This document shows, one piece after another, positions 6,763 to 10,055 of a stretch of DNA of 10,055 bases. Source of the stretch: Oligoflexus sp. Lineage in GTDB: Bacteria; Bdellovibrionota_B; Oligoflexia; Oligoflexales; Oligoflexaceae. Made by a program: the position numbers and the translations under genes. The DNA lies in NCBI GenBank assembly GCA_041736305.1, contig JBGSTX010000165.1:1-10055 (forward strand). The letters are read 5' to 3'. The notes below the pieces were generated by a model that worked only from the letters and a program-made list of their open reading frames with translations, was not told the origin of the DNA and made no database searches. Every line of letters begins with the position of its first letter. Within the stretch, counting starts at the first letter, position 1.

Positions 6763-8133
6763 TTGAATGAGAAAACTGAGAAAGAGCTGAAGGCTAATAA
6801 CCCAGCTATCAGCGACAAGCACCTATTCCGGATATCGTGGCCGATTCTCTTCGAAATCCTTATGCTATATATGATTCCTGCGGTCGATACCTACTATCTC
6901 AGCCGACTGTCGACGGAAGCGGTGGCAGGGGTCAGTGCGATTTTACCTCTCACAGGGCTCGGCCTCATTTTATTTCTACCCCTAACCCAGGCGGGTACCA
7001 GTGTAGCCGCACAGCATCTGGGCGCAAAAAATTTAACAAAGGCTCGCGCTGCCTTCGGTCTTATGCTGGCACTTAATCTCGGCATCGGCTTGCTGCTTAG
7101 CCTCATACTGCTGGGACTCGCCCCTCTCCTGCCGAAGCTTATGGGTCTCGAAGATCGCTTCGCGCTCATGGCTAGCACGTACATTCAGTTCCTGGGCATG
7201 GGCTATGTTTTTCTTGCTCTCAAAGTAGGTATATCGGGAGTGCTCAACGCCCTGGGCAAAACGAAGATCAATATGTTTGCGGCACTACTCATGAATGTAA
7301 TCAATCTGGCTTTGAATCACCTCCTCACGAGCGGAGCCTTCGGACTGCCGGTTTTCGGAGTCGGTGGCATTGCCGTGGCTAGTGCTTGTGCCTGGTGCGC
7401 TGCTTTTCTTTTTGGGCTCTACTCCTGCTCCACTCAGCTGGCGCGACCTGCTGAAATCTGGAAGCAGCGACGCGCCAATCGCCCTATACTGTCCCAAATT
7501 ATGCGCATCGGCATGCCTTCTACTTTAGAGCCGCTCTCTTATCAAGTCAGCCAAGTCGTGATAACCCAAATGCTCGTGCAAATGGGGCCTCTAGCGCTCA
7601 CGACGAAGGCCTTTGTCGGCAACATTAGTCAGTTCGCCTTGCTTTGGTCGGCAGCCTTTGCCAGTGGCACCCAAATCAAGACAGCCCATCTGATTGGAGC
7701 CAAGGATTATGATGAAGCGAGCAAGCAGGTCAATTTAGGCGTTCGCATTGTGCTCATCGGCTGCACCGCAATAAGTATCGCACTGGCCTTAAACGCCCGC
7801 TCTCTGCTCGGGATATTCACTAGCGATCCTGAAAGCCTCCGTCTAGGTACTCTGATTCTTTGGTTAGCGGTGGTTCTAGAATGGGGCCGCGCTCTCAACG
7901 TCCTGGTCGGTTCGGTGCTCAGGGCGTCGGGTGATGCCAATTTTGTGGCTCTCTTTGGTCTGCTGAGTATGTGGATTGTTGCTGTCGGTGGCGCCTACAT
8001 CGGGGCCATAGGCTTGGGCTGGGGCCTTGCAGGCATTTGGGTGGCCATGATTATGGACGAGCATTTGCGTGGCTGGGTGAGTCTACGCCGCTGGCAGAAG
8101 GGCAGCTGGATGCAGAAGACGATTTACCGTTGA
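6763..8133 (+). CDS. MATE-family efflux transporter (~456 aa)
   Basis: LFRISWPILFE...VDTYYLSRLSTEAVAGV, VAAQHLGAK, GVLNALGKTKINM, NLALN...GVGGIAVAS, IMRIGMPS, VLRASGDA and GLAGIWVAMIMDE show the twofold MATE repeat with about 12 hydrophobic segments. The in-frame TTG at 6763 with AGAGG upstream is preferred over 6664. Confidence 0.92.
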   Translation: MNEKTEKELKANNPAISDKHLFRISWPILFEILMLYMIPAVDTYYLSRLSTEAVAGVSAILPLTGLGLILFLPLTQAGTSVAAQHLGAKNLTKARAAFGLMLALNLGIGLLLSLILLGLAPLLPKLMGLEDRFALMASTYIQFLGMGYVFLALKVGISGVLNALGKTKINMFAALLMNVINLALNHLLTSGAFGLPVFGVGGIAVASACAWCAAFLFGLYSCSTQLARPAEIWKQRRANRPILSQIMRIGMPSTLEPLSYQVSQVVITQMLVQMGPLALTTKAFVGNISQFALLWSAAFASGTQIKTAHLIGAKDYDEASKQVNLGVRIVLIGCTAISIALALNARSLLGIFTSDPESLRLGTLILWLAVVLEWGRALNVLVGSVLRASGDANFVALFGLLSMWIVAVGGAYIGAIGLGWGLAGIWVAMIMDEHLRGWVSLRRWQKGSWMQKTIYR

Positions 8134-8194
8134 TGATGTCAGCTAAGCTGCTACAAAGAGTAGGACCCATGTCTTCTTGGAGGATATCGTGCGT

Positions 8195-8695
8195 ATGAAA
8201 AATCAAAGCGGTCCAAACCTGTCCTCTGCTGAGCAGCTTAAGCGCGTTCGTTGGCTGAGTTGGATTCTCGATAACTCAATCAAGGTGCCCGGAAGCAATT
8301 TTCGCATTGGACTCGATCCACTTATTGGTCTCATTCCAGGAGTAGGGGATCTCATCGGCACAGCGCTGTCCAGCTATATCGTCGTTCTCGCTGTTTCCGC
8401 AAATGTTTCCGCGTGGACCTTGACCCGCATGACCCTGAACATACTACTCGAATCCATGGTTGGGGTGATACCGATAGTAGGAGATATCTTCGATGCCACC
8501 TTTAAAGCCAATGAGCGCAACCGGAAACTGCTAGAGGCCAGCCTTGAAAATCCCCAGCGCAAGAAACTCGATAGACGCTTTGTCATTTTAATCGTTTCAA
8601 CGCTGGTCCTGATTTTCGGCTTGAGCGCTTACCTCGCTTTCAAAACGCTTGTCTGGATCATCAACACTCTTGCTAACCCTAATTATGCCGTTTGA
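8195..8695 (+). CDS. DUF4112 domain membrane protein (~166 aa)
   Basis: LDNSIKVPGSNFRIGLDPLIGLIPGVGDL...RMTLNILLE...GVIPIVGDIFDATFKANERN is the DUF4112 signature. SD GGAGG before ATG 8195. Confidence 0.88.
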   Translation: MKNQSGPNLSSAEQLKRVRWLSWILDNSIKVPGSNFRIGLDPLIGLIPGVGDLIGTALSSYIVVLAVSANVSAWTLTRMTLNILLESMVGVIPIVGDIFDATFKANERNRKLLEASLENPQRKKLDRRFVILIVSTLVLIFGLSAYLAFKTLVWIINTLANPNYAV

Positions 8696-10055
8696 TGTGA
8701 CGCAAGATTTCGCGGAGAACTTGGCTATAGGAAAAAGGCCTCGCCAGAACACCATTGAAACCCATCTCGAGCGCTCGCATGCGTTCGTGGGCATCCGTCT
8801 GACTCATGAGGGCTAGTATCGGGCGATCAAAGCCGTTGTTACGCAGAACTCTTATCATTTCTACGGAGCTCAGTCCCGGCGCCTGCGTATCGAGAAGCAG
8901 CATATCAAATGAGTGGCTTAGAACCTTCGAAGCGCCATCAAAGCCTTCTTCGGCGGCATGGACCACGGCCCCATTTTCTTCGAGTAGCCGTGCAAGCTCG
9001 CGCGTTTTATTCAAGAAGCCCGATATCACCATAATCCTCATTTGATGAAGGGTGGGCTTCACTTCGAATTCGGGCAGCATCACAGTTTCCGTCTTCGGAG
9101 GACCGATGCGCCTCGGAGCAGATCCGAGTCCGGGATTGATAGTCAGCCGAAACACGCTGCCTTTCCCCAATTCACTCGATAGAAGCAGGACATCGCCGCC
9201 TAGAGCCTGTGCCAAATGTTGAGAGAGTACCAGGCCAAGACCAGTGCCCCCATACTTTCTAGTTGTTGAAACGTCAGCTTGCGAAAAGGGCTTGAAGAGT
9301 TCACAGCGGCTTTCCTCGCGAATTCCACAGCCCGTATCAGCTACATCGATGCAAGCCAACGACTGCTCTCTCTCACCCTGTATGCGGCTCAGAGATAGTT
9401 TGATGCTGCCTTCGTCAGTGAATTTGATCGCGTTACCTACCAGGTTGAGAAGAATCTGCCGAAACCGCGTCGGGTCGCTGCTGATGAGATCTGGGCAATC
9501 ACCTAGTATTTCATAGCTGAGGCTTATACCCTTCGCCTTCGCCTTCATGGCGAGTAGATTCAAAGTTTCCGTGACTGCTGCTTCAAGACTGATGAGCAGC
9601 ATTTCAACTTCGAGTCGGCCGGATTCGACTTTGGCGAGATCGAGTATTTCATTGATGATATTGAGGAGGTGCTCACCATTTCTACGGATGGCAAGAACCG
9701 GCTCCGTCAAATTCTTATTTTCTTCTACTTCTTCAAGAAGAACCTCGCTGAAGCCGAGGATTACACCTAGCGGTGTGCGGATTTCGTGGCTCATATTCGC
9801 GAGAAATTGACTCTTGGCTTGACTAGCTAACTCGGCCTTCCGGCGAGCTTCGATCATCTCAGTCTCAAGGGTCTTCCGCCGCGTGACATCCATAACAACC
9901 GTGCGAATCGATGTAGCTCCAAATTCTTCATCGAACCAGGGCATGCTGCTGACGTGTGCATAGAATATCTGACCATTGGATTGAGGCACCTCGACTTCGC
10001 ATTCTCTCTCTTGATTGGATTCAGCAAGTTCGCGCAGATGCTCCGTGAAGGTATC
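8679..10055 (-). CDS. Hybrid sensor histidine kinase (PAS/PAC-HisKA-HATPase-receiver-like), 5'-partial
   Basis: H-box FLANMSHEIRTPL, N-box RQILLNLVGNAIKFT, G1 DTGCGI, F-box LFKPFSQAD, G2 GGTGLGL. PAC-like end (SNGQIFYAHVS...VMDVTRRK). The frame is open to the edge (DTFTEHLRELAESNQERECEVE precedes 9989). C-terminal REC fold. Confidence 0.95.
   Translation of the reverse strand, partial: DTFTEHLRELAESNQERECEVEVPQSNGQIFYAHVSSMPWFDEEFGATSIRTVVMDVTRRKTLETEMIEARRKAELASQAKSQFLANMSHEIRTPLGVILGFSEVLLEEVEENKNLTEPVLAIRRNGEHLLNIINEILDLAKVESGRLEVEMLLISLEAAVTETLNLLAMKAKAKGISLSYEILGDCPDLISSDPTRFRQILLNLVGNAIKFTDEGSIKLSLSRIQGEREQSLACIDVADTGCGIREESRCELFKPFSQADVSTTRKYGGTGLGLVLSQHLAQALGGDVLLLSSELGKGSVFRLTINPGLGSAPRRIGPPKTETVMLPEFEVKPTLHQMRIMVISGFLNKTRELARLLEENGAVVHAAEEGFDGASKVLSHSFDMLLLDTQAPGLSSVEMIRVLRNNGFDRPILALMSQTDAHERMRALEMGFNGVLARPFSYSQVLREILRHIKRHN

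Noticed and set aside
209..9810. Remaining short ORFs in the six-frame track (e.g. 209-514, 746-1078, 1688-2029, 2807-3130, 3503-3727, 9244-9516)
   Set aside because: They are antisense or alternate-frame shadows of well-supported genes and have no recognisable motifs.
1..10055. CRISPR array, transposase or integrase, tRNA/rRNA, anti-phage defence genes
   Set aside because: No regularly spaced repeats, terminal inverted repeats, RNA-gene signatures or nuclease/ATPase defence motifs seen by eye.

Overview
Bacterial chromosomal window with near-balanced GC, densely coding. I saw no rRNA, tRNA, CRISPR array or mobile element. In order: (1) the 3' part of a hypothetical gene that runs off the left edge and ends in a STAS/SpoIIAA-like domain; (2) a divergent ohrR/ohr organic-hydroperoxide pair with tandem palindromic operator-like sites; (3) a probable minus-strand operon of a secreted hypothetical protein, a small lipoprotein, a 44-aa small ORF missing from the ORF track, and a beta-propeller phytase with an acidic insertion; (4) a CBS-pair protein; (5) a membrane-anchored hypothetical protein with a TonB/TolA-like layout; (6) a MATE transporter; (7) a DUF4112 membrane protein; (8) the 3' part of a PAS-HisKA-HATPase hybrid kinase with a degenerate receiver domain, running off the right edge. 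The best candidate for an undescribed system is the four-gene exported-protein/phytase cluster (2141-4963), and that reading is inference. All family calls come from motif recognition by eye, not from database searches. The style of the orphan proteins suggests Bdellovibrionota/Oligoflexia or myxobacteria, which is only an impression.
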